A stretch of 64,000 nucleotides of DNA, taken from IMG/VR virus record IMGVR_UViG_3300008266_000018, positions 1-64,000 of that record; one strand, written 5' to 3'. A model generated the notes under the pieces. It had not been told where the DNA came from and searched no databases. It saw nothing but the letters and a program-made list of their open reading frames with translations. This document shows positions 41,144 to 50,545 of this stretch, piece after piece. A program made the position numbers and the translations under genes. Each line of letters opens with the position of its first letter. The first letter of the stretch is position 1. This DNA is from a virus.

Positions 41144-41778
41144 AGGTCAATCATATACTTAAGTTTGTTCCATACTTTCAAGTTCAGCTTCAAGTCGATG
41201 ATAGCGTCATGTAATCTATCATATTCATGCTCAATAGAGAACTCTTTACCCAATGCGGTCAGATTGGTCTTTATGCCCTTTCTTGGAGAATTTGCAAGCC
41301 TATATTGATATTCAGTTAAATTATCATCCTTCTTGGGAAGTTCTCCGTACTTGATACCTCTTGCAACGCAGTTTGTATCAATCATTTTATCTACATAATG
41401 CCGCCAAGGTTTACCGAATTTCTCGCAAACTCCTTTAATTAAATAAATATCAAAGTTCAAAACATTATGACCAATGATCTTGTATGAAGAGTCAAGCCAT
41501 TCAACCATTGTTTCAACGGCAATTTTAGGGTCTATGCCAAGCCTTTCAAGCTTTGCAGGGTCAAATCTTGTGATTTCCGCAGCACCTTTACTAATCTTAA
41601 GATGAGTATCCCATTTTACATACATGTCTTTATAGTCAATAATTTCATTTCCAACTACTTTAAGCATTGAAATTTGCCAAGGTAGATTATTACAGGTGTT
41701 CAGACACAGATTAAATGTCTCAAGATCGATAAAGACAAGTTCGTCTTTATTATTAAATCGTAGTAAATGGCCGTCCAT
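41140..41778 (-). CDS. DEDDh 3'-5' exonuclease (DnaQ-like)
   Basis: FIDLET, GHNVLNFD, IDT and HDAIID motifs. Confidence 0.85.
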   Translation of the reverse strand: MDGHLLRFNNKDELVFIDLETFNLCLNTCNNLPWQISMLKVVGNEIIDYKDMYVKWDTHLKISKGAAEITRFDPAKLERLGIDPKIAVETMVEWLDSSYKIIGHNVLNFDIYLIKGVCEKFGKPWRHYVDKMIDTNCVARGIKYGELPKKDDNLTEYQYRLANSPRKGIKTNLTALGKEFSIEHEYDRLHDAIIDLKLNLKVWNKLKYMIDL

Positions 41779-41779
41779 A

Positions 41780-42532
41780 TTATTGAGCGTTTAGATAGCT
41801 TTCGAAGCAAAAAGTGTCGCTACTCATGTGTTCAAGATTTGGTTTATTCAAATTAGTTCTATTGTTAATGCATCTAAAAGTTAAGTAAGCTAAGAAATCC
41901 TCTCTTTCGTAATAAAAGACGCTTTGAGTTTTTTGAATCTCATATTTGTCTTTAGCGTATAAGTTAACTTTATCTAAAATGATATGATCGAAAGGAAGAG
42001 AATTTTCTTCTACAAAGAATACAGGCTTGAAAAAAGATAAATCAGGAACGCAAAGATGACCATATAATGAATTATTAAATAGAAAGCTATCGTAGAATGG
42101 AATAGCAATCATTAAATTATCATCAAAGTTGTCTTTCAAAGTAGTATAATCTAACCTAGGAACATAATAAAATCCTGTAGAGGAAGCAATTGTAGACAGC
42201 TTAATGAGCTTTTTATATCCAGCATTGTTCTTGGGGAAGATGATTATCTTCGACTCCTTCTTTAAAGAAGCTTCACTTTTATCAGAAATATCTTCCGTAA
42301 TCGTAACACGAAGACCAAAAATAAGCTTAATTCCCATATCTTTAGCATACGAGTAAGCTTGAATAAAGCCAGATATAGAATCTTCTACAAGAGTAATCTC
42401 TTTCAGTCCATGCTTTTTAGCAATTGAAAAAATAGAAATCGGACTAGAATCAGTAATTTCTGCGGCCTTCTCTAAAGTTAGAATAGACTTTCCAACAGAG
42501 TAATGACTCTTGAACAATGGAATGATGCTCAC
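41780..42532 (-). CDS. Stand-alone PHP domain of DNA polymerase III alpha
   Basis: SHYSVGKSIL, KLIFG, KNNAGYKKLIKLST and FYYVPRLD match the DnaE N-terminus. Confidence 0.85.
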   Translation of the reverse strand: MSIIPLFKSHYSVGKSILTLEKAAEITDSSPISIFSIAKKHGLKEITLVEDSISGFIQAYSYAKDMGIKLIFGLRVTITEDISDKSEASLKKESKIIIFPKNNAGYKKLIKLSTIASSTGFYYVPRLDYTTLKDNFDDNLMIAIPFYDSFLFNNSLYGHLCVPDLSFFKPVFFVEENSLPFDHIILDKVNLYAKDKYEIQKTQSVFYYEREDFLAYLTFRCINNRTNLNKPNLEHMSSDTFCFESYLNAQ

Positions 42533-42538
42533 TTATAC

Positions 42539-42566
42539 ATGATACATCGCTTCAGCGCAAAGTCAA
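42539..42566 (-). promoter_or_regulatory. sigma70-type promoter TTGACT-N16-TATCAT
   Basis: The -10 box ends 6 nt before the GTG start of the PHP gene. Confidence 0.65.
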
Positions 42567-42567
42567 C

Positions 42568-43548
42568 TCAAAAGTCGAAGGCATCTTGGCTTTTCTTCGG
42601 CTTGTTATGAGCGGGGCATCCATCGTACTGCTTTATTTTTTTAGTGTATCCTTCTGGAAGTTTTGAAGGAAGATTATCTAGAAAATAAGTTTTCTTTAAA
42701 TTACCGCTTTCATCGTAAACTTCGTAATATTTATATGGATGATAATACGGGCAAACCCAAGTTTTGCCAGCTTTGCACAACCATTTCTTTTCTTCAGAGT
42801 TCGCGGCGAAATTTGAAACAGAAGTTTTAGCATCAAACTTAGAAGCTACATTATATATGTACTCTAAATACCTTTCATATCCATTCAACTGCTCTTCGGT
42901 TATTTCAACTTCTTGAACAGGTTGTTTAGGAAATCTAAGGAAAATAAATTGAGTAATTACTCTTTTAATTTTGCCAGATACTTCTTTAAATTTATTAGAC
43001 TTCTTTGTAGCAAGAGTGTATGTAAGAGCTTGGATATTTGCGGTTAACTCATCATCTTTGAACTTAGCTTTACTGCTCTTGTAATCGACGATTTTAAATA
43101 GATTATCTTTTGGATAATATCCATTTTTATCGATAAAGCCTTTAATTTTATATTTTGGACTTTCGCTATCAATTAAAAACTCTTGTTCAGCTTCTCCAAG
43201 TTTTGCGTTTTCTAAATAGAAGTCTTGACCAAGACCAACTACAATCATTTTATCAACCATCTCGTAATTTTCATCTGTATAAATATCAAGCTTTTTCATG
43301 TGCTTGATTACTAGACGATTAATTGCTTTGCTGGCCTTGATTGAAGCTTGCTTTTGAATTTTAGTATAATGACTCTTATGTTTTTTGTTTAACAAGAGTT
43401 CAAATACAAGGTGGCAAACTGTGCCACGATTTGCGCCGTCATTAGATTTATCTGGAAGCTTAAGGTGATAATTGCACCAGTAAGTCCAAGAACAAGTTTC
43501 CAGAGTTTTGATTCTGGAAGCTGATAGTATTAAATCTTTTTTCTCCAC
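42568..43548 (-). CDS. PD-(D/E)xK exonuclease, Cas4/AddB-like
   Basis: LSASRI..LETC, GTVCH, GFID, IVDYKSS, QALTY; one N-terminal and three C-terminal Cys. Confidence 0.85.
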   Translation of the reverse strand: MEKKDLILSASRIKTLETCSWTYWCNYHLKLPDKSNDGANRGTVCHLVFELLLNKKHKSHYTKIQKQASIKASKAINRLVIKHMKKLDIYTDENYEMVDKMIVVGLGQDFYLENAKLGEAEQEFLIDSESPKYKIKGFIDKNGYYPKDNLFKIVDYKSSKAKFKDDELTANIQALTYTLATKKSNKFKEVSGKIKRVITQFIFLRFPKQPVQEVEITEEQLNGYERYLEYIYNVASKFDAKTSVSNFAANSEEKKWLCKAGKTWVCPYYHPYKYYEVYDESGNLKKTYFLDNLPSKLPEGYTKKIKQYDGCPAHNKPKKSQDAFDF

Positions 43549-44429
43549 TCGGTTATTTCTTCGGCATTCATTTCTCCAAAGTCTTTTTTGGAAGGTAAAT
43601 TTATGACGACTTGGTTTCGATCAAAGAATTTAGTTAGTTTTTCATAACCCTTTTCAGCCGCATTGTTGCCAGCAAATTTATTCTCGGAATCGTTGTTAAA
43701 ACATATTCTAATGGTAGTTACATCCAATTTCAATAAAAAGTTGATTATTGAAGTAGATATTTCAAGACCAAAAGAAACAATTACATTTTTAACGCCAGCA
43801 GAATATAAAGACAATGCGTCTCCAATGCTCTCGACAATAAAAACTTCTTTAGTTTCTTTAATGATTTTAGAATTCTTTTTAGCTGGAAATACCCAAGTAG
43901 ATTTGCCGCCAATGTGTTTCCATTTTGGCGCATCTTTTCTACTCAAGATATCTCTTCCTGAAAATCCAACAATTTGATCTACGCTGTTGAAGATAGGAAA
44001 AACATACCGTCCAGCCATCTTTCCTGATCCAGCAACTCCGCCTTCAAACTCTACAAGAATTTCTTCTGGGACTCCTCTTTGAATCCAATAAGAATGATCT
44101 TTCTTTAATTTAAAAAGCATATCTTTTTCATATACTTTTTGAGTAATAATTTTTGGTTTGGCTTCTTCTCTTCGTTCTAAAGAGATGTTTTTATTAGAAA
44201 TCCAAGTTTTGACTTCTTCTACATTCTTAAGGTTTAACGATAACTTAATTAAGTCTTCGATAGATCCAGTAATTCCTTTGCTAAAATCAATAAATCTACC
44301 AGAATCTTTCTTTACTGAAAGAACGGTGTTGTTATCTGAATCCCTATAAATAGGGCGCATTCTATATTCTTTTGGGCCTTCTGAAATGTTAGAGTAGCCC
44401 AAATCAATCAAAATATCTTTAACGTTCAT
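43530..44429 (-). CDS. DNA primase (TOPRIM)
   Basis: RYVFPI, GFSGR, PKW, IVESIGDA, CFNND, KDFGE; adjacent to the helicase. Confidence 0.85.
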   Translation of the reverse strand: MNVKDILIDLGYSNISEGPKEYRMRPIYRDSDNNTVLSVKKDSGRFIDFSKGITGSIEDLIKLSLNLKNVEEVKTWISNKNISLERREEAKPKIITQKVYEKDMLFKLKKDHSYWIQRGVPEEILVEFEGGVAGSGKMAGRYVFPIFNSVDQIVGFSGRDILSRKDAPKWKHIGGKSTWVFPAKKNSKIIKETKEVFIVESIGDALSLYSAGVKNVIVSFGLEISTSIINFLLKLDVTTIRICFNNDSENKFAGNNAAEKGYEKLTKFFDRNQVVINLPSKKDFGEMNAEEITEWRKKI

Positions 44430-45907
44430 AGAGTTCCACTATCTTCTTTTTCTTGATCTTTCAATTCAAATTGTTCATTTTCAATCTTAACGATATCGTC
44501 AAGAGATCCTTTTTCTTCCACATTAAAACTATTTACATTAAAATTAAGGAAGTTATTCTGATAAGAGATTTCTCCTTGTTCGTTCCTACGTTTAACCAGA
44601 TCGTGATGTCCAGCGGCATCTTTGCCTTGGAATCTTGTTTTGATTGGAACCAGTTTATGAGTTCCGAAGTTTTCTCCATCAACTGCGATTTCATCAACAG
44701 TCTTACGACGGAAGATTGCTACGAACGAAGCGAACCATTGCAGACGATCAGAAAGAGCGATTGCAGAGCTATCATCAACTACTGCTGCGCCTTTACGGTT
44801 AAAATTCTCACCACTTCGATTCATTTGCATCGCAGTGATAATAGGACAGCTAATCTCTTCAGATAGTCTTTTTAGTTTATCAATCTTTTCACCAATAACT
44901 TGATGTTCTGCCCAATTTTGACCAATCTTTTCGCCAGTTAGTTTTACATAGTCATAAGCTACAATACATTGATTGCCGCGCCCAACCTCCTTGTAATACC
45001 AACGTTTTACTAACGAGCAGATTTCATCAATATTTTTACTGCCTACTCTATAATGATAATACTTATAATCTACGACTTTCTTTAGAGCTTCTCTGACCTT
45101 TTTTGTCATTTCAGCATTTCTGCGCCAATTTCCGGTTTCTACATACCACATTGGAACTCCTGAGACTGAAGAAATCATGCGAAACTGCATTTCTTCTGCG
45201 CTCATTTCAGTATCAAGAATTAGAGCTTTAACGTTATTCTTTAGAGAAGTCTTTAAACAGATATCATTGATCCAAGTTGTTTTACCCTGACCGGGACGAG
45301 AAACAATTGCATAAATGTTACCGGGACGAAGACCGCCATACAGACGATTGAATTCTGGATAAGGAGTTACTAATCCAGTATCGTCTTTGATATTATTGCC
45401 ACGTTCTTCTACTTTCTCAGCAATAGTTTCAAACAGATTGCATGGCTTTTCATCTATTTCAATGCTAGATACTTTATCTGCGTAGATTTTATCACAACTA
45501 AGAATAAAATCATTTAAAGATTCGTCGCCTAGTTTTTGAGCGGTATTTTGTATCTTAACTCCTGTATGATACATTTCTCGACGAACGCGAAGTTTAATTA
45601 ATTCTTTCGCCGCTTCAATTGTAGCTTTTTCATTTAATTGAGCGAAAGTGATACTTTCTACATAATCAAATATATTAACTTCATCCTTAAAAGAGACTCC
45701 AAGGTCTTTGATTTTTTGAGCTACAAGAACTTTATCGATTTCCTGTTTGTTTAGATATAAATTCTTACAAACAAGAAAGATTGTTGAGTGAACTTCGTTG
45801 TAGAAGTCTTTTTCTGATACAAAGTTTACAAGCTCGCAAAGAATGTCTTTATTCTTGAAGATGCCAGCAATAACGTGTTTTTCTACTTGTAATGAGTAAA
45901 TTGTCAT
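44426..45907 (-). CDS. dnaB: Replicative DNA helicase
   Basis: RPGQGKT Walker A, TEMS, YDYV, QMNR and KTR motifs. Confidence 0.92.
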   Translation of the reverse strand: MTIYSLQVEKHVIAGIFKNKDILCELVNFVSEKDFYNEVHSTIFLVCKNLYLNKQEIDKVLVAQKIKDLGVSFKDEVNIFDYVESITFAQLNEKATIEAAKELIKLRVRREMYHTGVKIQNTAQKLGDESLNDFILSCDKIYADKVSSIEIDEKPCNLFETIAEKVEERGNNIKDDTGLVTPYPEFNRLYGGLRPGNIYAIVSRPGQGKTTWINDICLKTSLKNNVKALILDTEMSAEEMQFRMISSVSGVPMWYVETGNWRRNAEMTKKVREALKKVVDYKYYHYRVGSKNIDEICSLVKRWYYKEVGRGNQCIVAYDYVKLTGEKIGQNWAEHQVIGEKIDKLKRLSEEISCPIITAMQMNRSGENFNRKGAAVVDDSSAIALSDRLQWFASFVAIFRRKTVDEIAVDGENFGTHKLVPIKTRFQGKDAAGHHDLVKRRNEQGEISYQNNFLNFNVNSFNVEEKGSLDDIVKIENEQFELKDQEKEDSGTL

Positions 45908-46320
45908 ATTTCAATACCGAATTTCTGAAAAATAAAATCTGCTGAAAGCTCTTTCATATCTCCTTGCTCAAGCTCAATGAATTTATAATTGTTTTTCATA
46001 AGCCATTCATATTTTTCATAATCTCTACGGATAGACGAAAGATATTTTGCGCGAGAGTTTTGATGAAAGAATTTATTAAAAGAGGTATGTTGTGCGCCAT
46101 TCACCTCTACGGCTATCTTACGAGTCGCGTTGAGAAAGTCAACCTTCATTCTGCTTCCATATACGGGGAATTCTTCGTAAACGATATGATTTTCCCAGTG
46201 TTGAAGCAAAAATTGTTTAACTTCAAATTGAATATTTGACCGAGATTTTTTATCCCAATCTATTCTATATTTGCTGACATTCTTGCTGACAAGTTTTCCT
46301 GATAATGAAAATAATCTCAT
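45904..46320 (-). CDS. Vsr/DUF559-like endonuclease
   Basis: VDF...IAVEVNGAQH...RD..K motif. Confidence 0.7.
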   Translation of the reverse strand: MRLFSLSGKLVSKNVSKYRIDWDKKSRSNIQFEVKQFLLQHWENHIVYEEFPVYGSRMKVDFLNATRKIAVEVNGAQHTSFNKFFHQNSRAKYLSSIRRDYEKYEWLMKNNYKFIELEQGDMKELSADFIFQKFGIEI

Positions 46321-47417
46321 TTCTTGAAAACTCGGATAAATTTTTCAAATAGATAAGAAGTTAGCTTTTGATCTTCTTCAAGAAGCTTGCGGAAATTATC
46401 CATTCCTTGAATCTGCTTAGGAACAGTAAATCCATTTTCAGTAAGCTCCTTCAATAGATCATCGCATACAGTAATCCAAGCGGTCTTAGCTTCGATCATT
46501 TCCCAAGCTTTCAACTGTTCGATAACTTCATATTCTATCCAAATACTATTGCCATTATCGCGACCATATTTAATTGGATATTTAACTTCTACTCCAGTCT
46601 TTTCATTAGGAGTCTTTCGGAACATGATCTTACACCAATGTCCAATTGGAGTCTTGTTATCAGGTCCGCCAAAGATAATATCCTTTTGAAAACGCTGTTG
46701 GAATTCAAGAATCCAATCAGAATAATGTAGAGCGGCATTTCCACCACTTGCGTTCGTAACCTTTGGATCGCCCTTTTCGTAAGGATTAATCTTAATGGTG
46801 GAACGGACTTGAGAAATCAAGAAACAGATATGCCCCTTGGTAGAGAAATAATTAGCCATCTTCCTCAAGAAGTTTGATGTAAGAAGTGCGCCACCAGCAG
46901 TTCGATCAGCTTCACTTGCGCCCTTTGCCATGTCATTTCTTGGAACGAGAGAATCAAGAGAATCAATGACGAACATGTAATAATGATCATCAGGATTTAG
47001 CTTGGTAACATCCCTGATCATATCAATTACGAATTCAAAATCATTCGTAGGAATAACTTTCCATCGCTTGGGATCAGTATCAACACCAGATCGCGAAATG
47101 ATTTCTTTAGAAAGTCGCCCTTCAGCCTTGATATAAACTACAACGCCATTGTCAGGATGAACCTTCTGAAAGTTTCTAGCGAAAGCAAGAGCGTTTGATG
47201 TTTTGCCGCCTTCTGTAATACCTGTAGAACGAACAACACCGGGGCGAATTCCGCCGCCCATTTCCATATCAAGAACCAAGCTTCCGCTGCTAACTGTATA
47301 TTCAACAGGATTATCGAAAGCAAAATGGTGTTCTGAATTATCTTTTAGATACTTATCTAGTGATGAAAGCTTTGAAGCTACTGTATTTGTGTCTTGGTTT
47401 TTTGGAGGTCTAGCCAT
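46317..47417 (-). CDS. recA: RecA/UvsX-like recombinase
   Basis: SGSLVLD..MGGG, GITEGGKT, VIDSLDSL, ISQVR and SGGNAALHYS motifs. Confidence 0.88.
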   Translation of the reverse strand: MARPPKNQDTNTVASKLSSLDKYLKDNSEHHFAFDNPVEYTVSSGSLVLDMEMGGGIRPGVVRSTGITEGGKTSNALAFARNFQKVHPDNGVVVYIKAEGRLSKEIISRSGVDTDPKRWKVIPTNDFEFVIDMIRDVTKLNPDDHYYMFVIDSLDSLVPRNDMAKGASEADRTAGGALLTSNFLRKMANYFSTKGHICFLISQVRSTIKINPYEKGDPKVTNASGGNAALHYSDWILEFQQRFQKDIIFGGPDNKTPIGHWCKIMFRKTPNEKTGVEVKYPIKYGRDNGNSIWIEYEVIEQLKAWEMIEAKTAWITVCDDLLKELTENGFTVPKQIQGMDNFRKLLEEDQKLTSYLFEKFIRVFKK

Positions 47418-47844
47418 AATTAATAAAATCTTTTAATGATAAAATAGGCTTCTTTATTTTAATATCTTCGCCTACTTTAGTTTCAGAGAGTATGACATCT
47501 TGCTTTGAGAAGTCAAGAGTCTTTTTCTTAGTTTTCACAAATTCTGCCCATTCATTTTTAACGAACAGATCATGCTGATACTTTATTATATCTTGATTTT
47601 CCTTCTTTATAAAGAAGCTTAAAGAAGATACTTTATCATTGGGAAGAGATTCCCAGAACTTTTGATCTAAACATATTTTACCAAGAGTGTTTGCTATCTT
47701 CATCTCTCTTGGATAATTAATAGTTTTTTTATCAGCTATAAATAAATCAATTAAATAAGTCGCGAAGCTTTGAAAGATTATTTCTTCGCCATTAACTGTT
47801 TTTGTATACTTCTTTTTCGATGAATTCAATAATTTCTTTGTCAT
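47410..47844 (-). CDS. Hypothetical protein
   Basis: ORF within the operon; contains a TTGACT-N16-CATACT promoter-like site (47489-47516) pointing at recA. Confidence 0.6.
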   Translation of the reverse strand: MTKKLLNSSKKKYTKTVNGEEIIFQSFATYLIDLFIADKKTINYPREMKIANTLGKICLDQKFWESLPNDKVSSLSFFIKKENQDIIKYQHDLFVKNEWAEFVKTKKKTLDFSKQDVILSETKVGEDIKIKKPILSLKDFINYG

Positions 47845-48583
47845 TCTTTTTAGGATCTTTAGTCCAGAAAACTTGCAAATATTCTGAGTCTAAGTAAGGA
47901 TTAATGAAAAATTTATCTCTAGTTTCATCAGGAAAATCTCCTACAATTAAATAAGTAGGTATTTTTTTAACTAGAGCCATTGTTTTAATTGAACTGTCAA
48001 CAGCAATTACTTTTTTACAAAGCTGAATATGACTTAAGCTAACCCAAATATCAGGGTGAGCTACAAGGCATACATTAGGCAACTCTTTGAGATTGTCAAA
48101 CTCTAAAACTTCTTTCTCGCTGCCAAAAATTAAATAATTTTTATTAGGCTTTATTATTTTCTCAACGCATTCTTTAGAAATTCTTTTTTCAGGAAAATTA
48201 AGCTGGTTGTATGCGTTTTTAGCAAATCCACTGCCAAATGGATGTATTCCAATTATTTCGTTATCGTTATCAAAAGGAGACTGCACCTCGTAAGGAAATG
48301 CAGTCTCCATAAACTTTGTTCTTGGGCAAATAGTTAAATTAGATTTATTTAAAGAAGAAGAAGCTTCTGAATAAGAAGATAAATCATCGAAGTAAATAAA
48401 TTCATAATTTTTAGTATCACAAAAAGGCGCAAAGAACTTTTCCGCGCCTTTAAAGTGAGTCATTACAATAACTTTGAAAGAAGAAGGAAGACAAACTGCA
48501 ACGTCAAGACATTGCAGAAAGTCTCCAATTCCGCCAGATATTAATATACTATTTACCTGATTGGACATGCACCAGAAGAGCAT
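47792..48583 (-). CDS. GT9 (heptosyltransferase-like) glycosyltransferase; start probably 48568
   Basis: GGIGD, IGIHP and IAVDSS motifs. Confidence 0.7.
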   Translation of the reverse strand: MLFWCMSNQVNSILISGGIGDFLQCLDVAVCLPSSFKVIVMTHFKGAEKFFAPFCDTKNYEFIYFDDLSSYSEASSSLNKSNLTICPRTKFMETAFPYEVQSPFDNDNEIIGIHPFGSGFAKNAYNQLNFPEKRISKECVEKIIKPNKNYLIFGSEKEVLEFDNLKELPNVCLVAHPDIWVSLSHIQLCKKVIAVDSSIKTMALVKKIPTYLIVGDFPDETRDKFFINPYLDSEYLQVFWTKDPKKNDKEIIEFIEKEVYKNS

Positions 48584-50529
48584 TCTGCCATATCTAGCAT
48601 TTCATTGCTATTGATGGTCATATTTGACAAAGGCTTGACCTTGCTGCTTGCAGCAAGATATGTGGCTTCGTCAATTTCTTGATATGGAGCTTGCTTGAAG
48701 CCGTGATCCTTGAATAGAAGGAAGCTAACACTCTTAACGTTATGCTCGTAATTATCTTTTAGCCAAGTCTTTAGAGACTCAAGTTCTTCAGGCTTGTAAT
48801 AAGCAGTTACAGAAACAGCGTTGTCAGACCAAATTGTTTGAAGCTTCTTTACCATATCCAACTGCTTCAATACGTCCATATCCTTTGTAAGAATAGATCC
48901 TTCAGGAGTTTTGCACGGGAAGTAGACTACAACAGTATCACGATTTTCAGTACCATCAAAGTTTACAAGGAATTCAACGTGATATCCCATGTCTTTGCAT
49001 GTTTGAACGAGAGCGTCAGAACTAGACATACGAACAGTACGCATGTAATACTTGCTGAACGCTGGATGAACGCCGGGAGTTGCTCCTCCTAGAAGACTCA
49101 ACGTACCAGAAGGCTTGATAGTCGTGAGTTTAATGCTTTCGGGCCAGCCGCGAAGCTTGCTCCAAGACTTGTCAAAATCACGCAAAGCGATATAACAATC
49201 GTCAAGCCAATCAAGCTTATCAAGAGACTGACAAACGCCAGTAACACCAAGACCAAGCCGCATGTTCTTGTGAACAATTTTATTAGTTTCTTCATGAATG
49301 AATGGAAGAGCAGCGATAGCCTTTTGAGTCTTATAAAGAAGCTTTGTGCAGTCGATTAGCTCTTCTTTCGAAGTAATGTTATTTAGATAAAGTTCAGAAA
49401 GATTGCAGCACTCGTAATTAGAAAGACTAATTTCGGCGCAAGGATTGGTCATTTCGCAATTATCTGCATCTGTTGGATACATTGAATTGTCTGAAATAGG
49501 ACCATCCTTAATTCGCCCAAACTTTTGGGATAGAGGTAGATTAAAGAAACCATAAGGCTCGCCATTTGCATAGCCAGAATCCTTGTTGATTTCATATCCA
49601 TTCTTCCAAAGTTCTTCAAGCACATGATCGTAGCTATCTGCGTAGATAGTATTGTTACTCATTGCTCGCCAATTTGGAACGTTACCAGAACCCCAGTTCT
49701 TGGCGCGAAGATAAAGAATATCGTCAGGATCACCTAGAGCGATTTCAGCACTTCGACGAACATTGCCAGCAACAACAACGCTGCCAATAATGTTGCAGAT
49801 ATCAAGAACGTCAATTGAACGAAGTTTCTTGTTTTCTCTTGACTGAAAGATTTTTGTGATTTTATCGATTCCGTCAATAAGGATTTGTGGGCCACTAGCC
49901 TTTCCGCCAAAACCCTTGATTGGCTCTCCGTATCCTCTGATGAGGATAGTCGAGTAAGAAAACGATTTACCTGTGACGTAAAAAGCGTCCAATACCTTCG
50001 AAAGTAGATTAACCCAACCTTCGCGTTTATCTGGAACAATATAATCAGCGTCTTTAGTTGCTTCATGAATGACATTTACACCTTTCTTAATCTTGGGAAG
50101 TTCGTGTACATCTTCGCGGCGAATGCTGTAACCAACTCCGCCGCCAAGCATTAGATTTTCAAACAAGAAAAGAAATGCCTTTGGCTCGCGCATTGCTGTT
50201 GCCCAGCAATTGAGAAGAGAATTTGCGCCAAAGCGATCTACGGTAGAAGTGCCAAGCTGCCAAAGCATTCGGCCAGCAAAGTTGCACTTTAAATTAAAAA
50301 CGTAATCATAAATACGTTCTGCTTCTTCTGGAGTGTATTGAGCGCCAATCTTTTGTGCGCCTTCAATGCATCGTTGAACGGTCTCATACCATTCCTCTGT
50401 CTTGCCGTTATCCTTTAGACGCGCATAAGTACGCTTATAAACGATATAACCTAGACCATTAAAACCCCAGTTGGGTTGTTTATTTTTATATTTAGATACA
50501 AAACTTTCAGTTAAAATTAATTCACTCAT
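48553..50529 (-). CDS. nrdJ: Class II (adenosylcobalamin-dependent) ribonucleotide reductase
   Basis: NVRRSAEI, TNPCAEI, KPSGTLS and a C-terminal CSSGACPIR; no beta-subunit gene nearby. Confidence 0.92.
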   Translation of the reverse strand: MSELILTESFVSKYKNKQPNWGFNGLGYIVYKRTYARLKDNGKTEEWYETVQRCIEGAQKIGAQYTPEEAERIYDYVFNLKCNFAGRMLWQLGTSTVDRFGANSLLNCWATAMREPKAFLFLFENLMLGGGVGYSIRREDVHELPKIKKGVNVIHEATKDADYIVPDKREGWVNLLSKVLDAFYVTGKSFSYSTILIRGYGEPIKGFGGKASGPQILIDGIDKITKIFQSRENKKLRSIDVLDICNIIGSVVVAGNVRRSAEIALGDPDDILYLRAKNWGSGNVPNWRAMSNNTIYADSYDHVLEELWKNGYEINKDSGYANGEPYGFFNLPLSQKFGRIKDGPISDNSMYPTDADNCEMTNPCAEISLSNYECCNLSELYLNNITSKEELIDCTKLLYKTQKAIAALPFIHEETNKIVHKNMRLGLGVTGVCQSLDKLDWLDDCYIALRDFDKSWSKLRGWPESIKLTTIKPSGTLSLLGGATPGVHPAFSKYYMRTVRMSSSDALVQTCKDMGYHVEFLVNFDGTENRDTVVVYFPCKTPEGSILTKDMDVLKQLDMVKKLQTIWSDNAVSVTAYYKPEELESLKTWLKDNYEHNVKSVSFLLFKDHGFKQAPYQEIDEATYLAASSKVKPLSNMTINSNEMLDMAECSSGACPIR

Positions 50530-50545
50530 AATAATGGGTTATATA

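Noticed and set aside
42568-43548. CRISPR-Cas locus suggested by the Cas4-like gene
   Set aside because: No repeat-spacer array or other cas genes were seen; the context is replication and recombination.
38606-50529. Inteins or introns in DnaE, DnaB, RecA or NrdJ
   Set aside because: Lengths are normal and no C...HN-C/S/T splice or LAGLIDADG motifs are visible.
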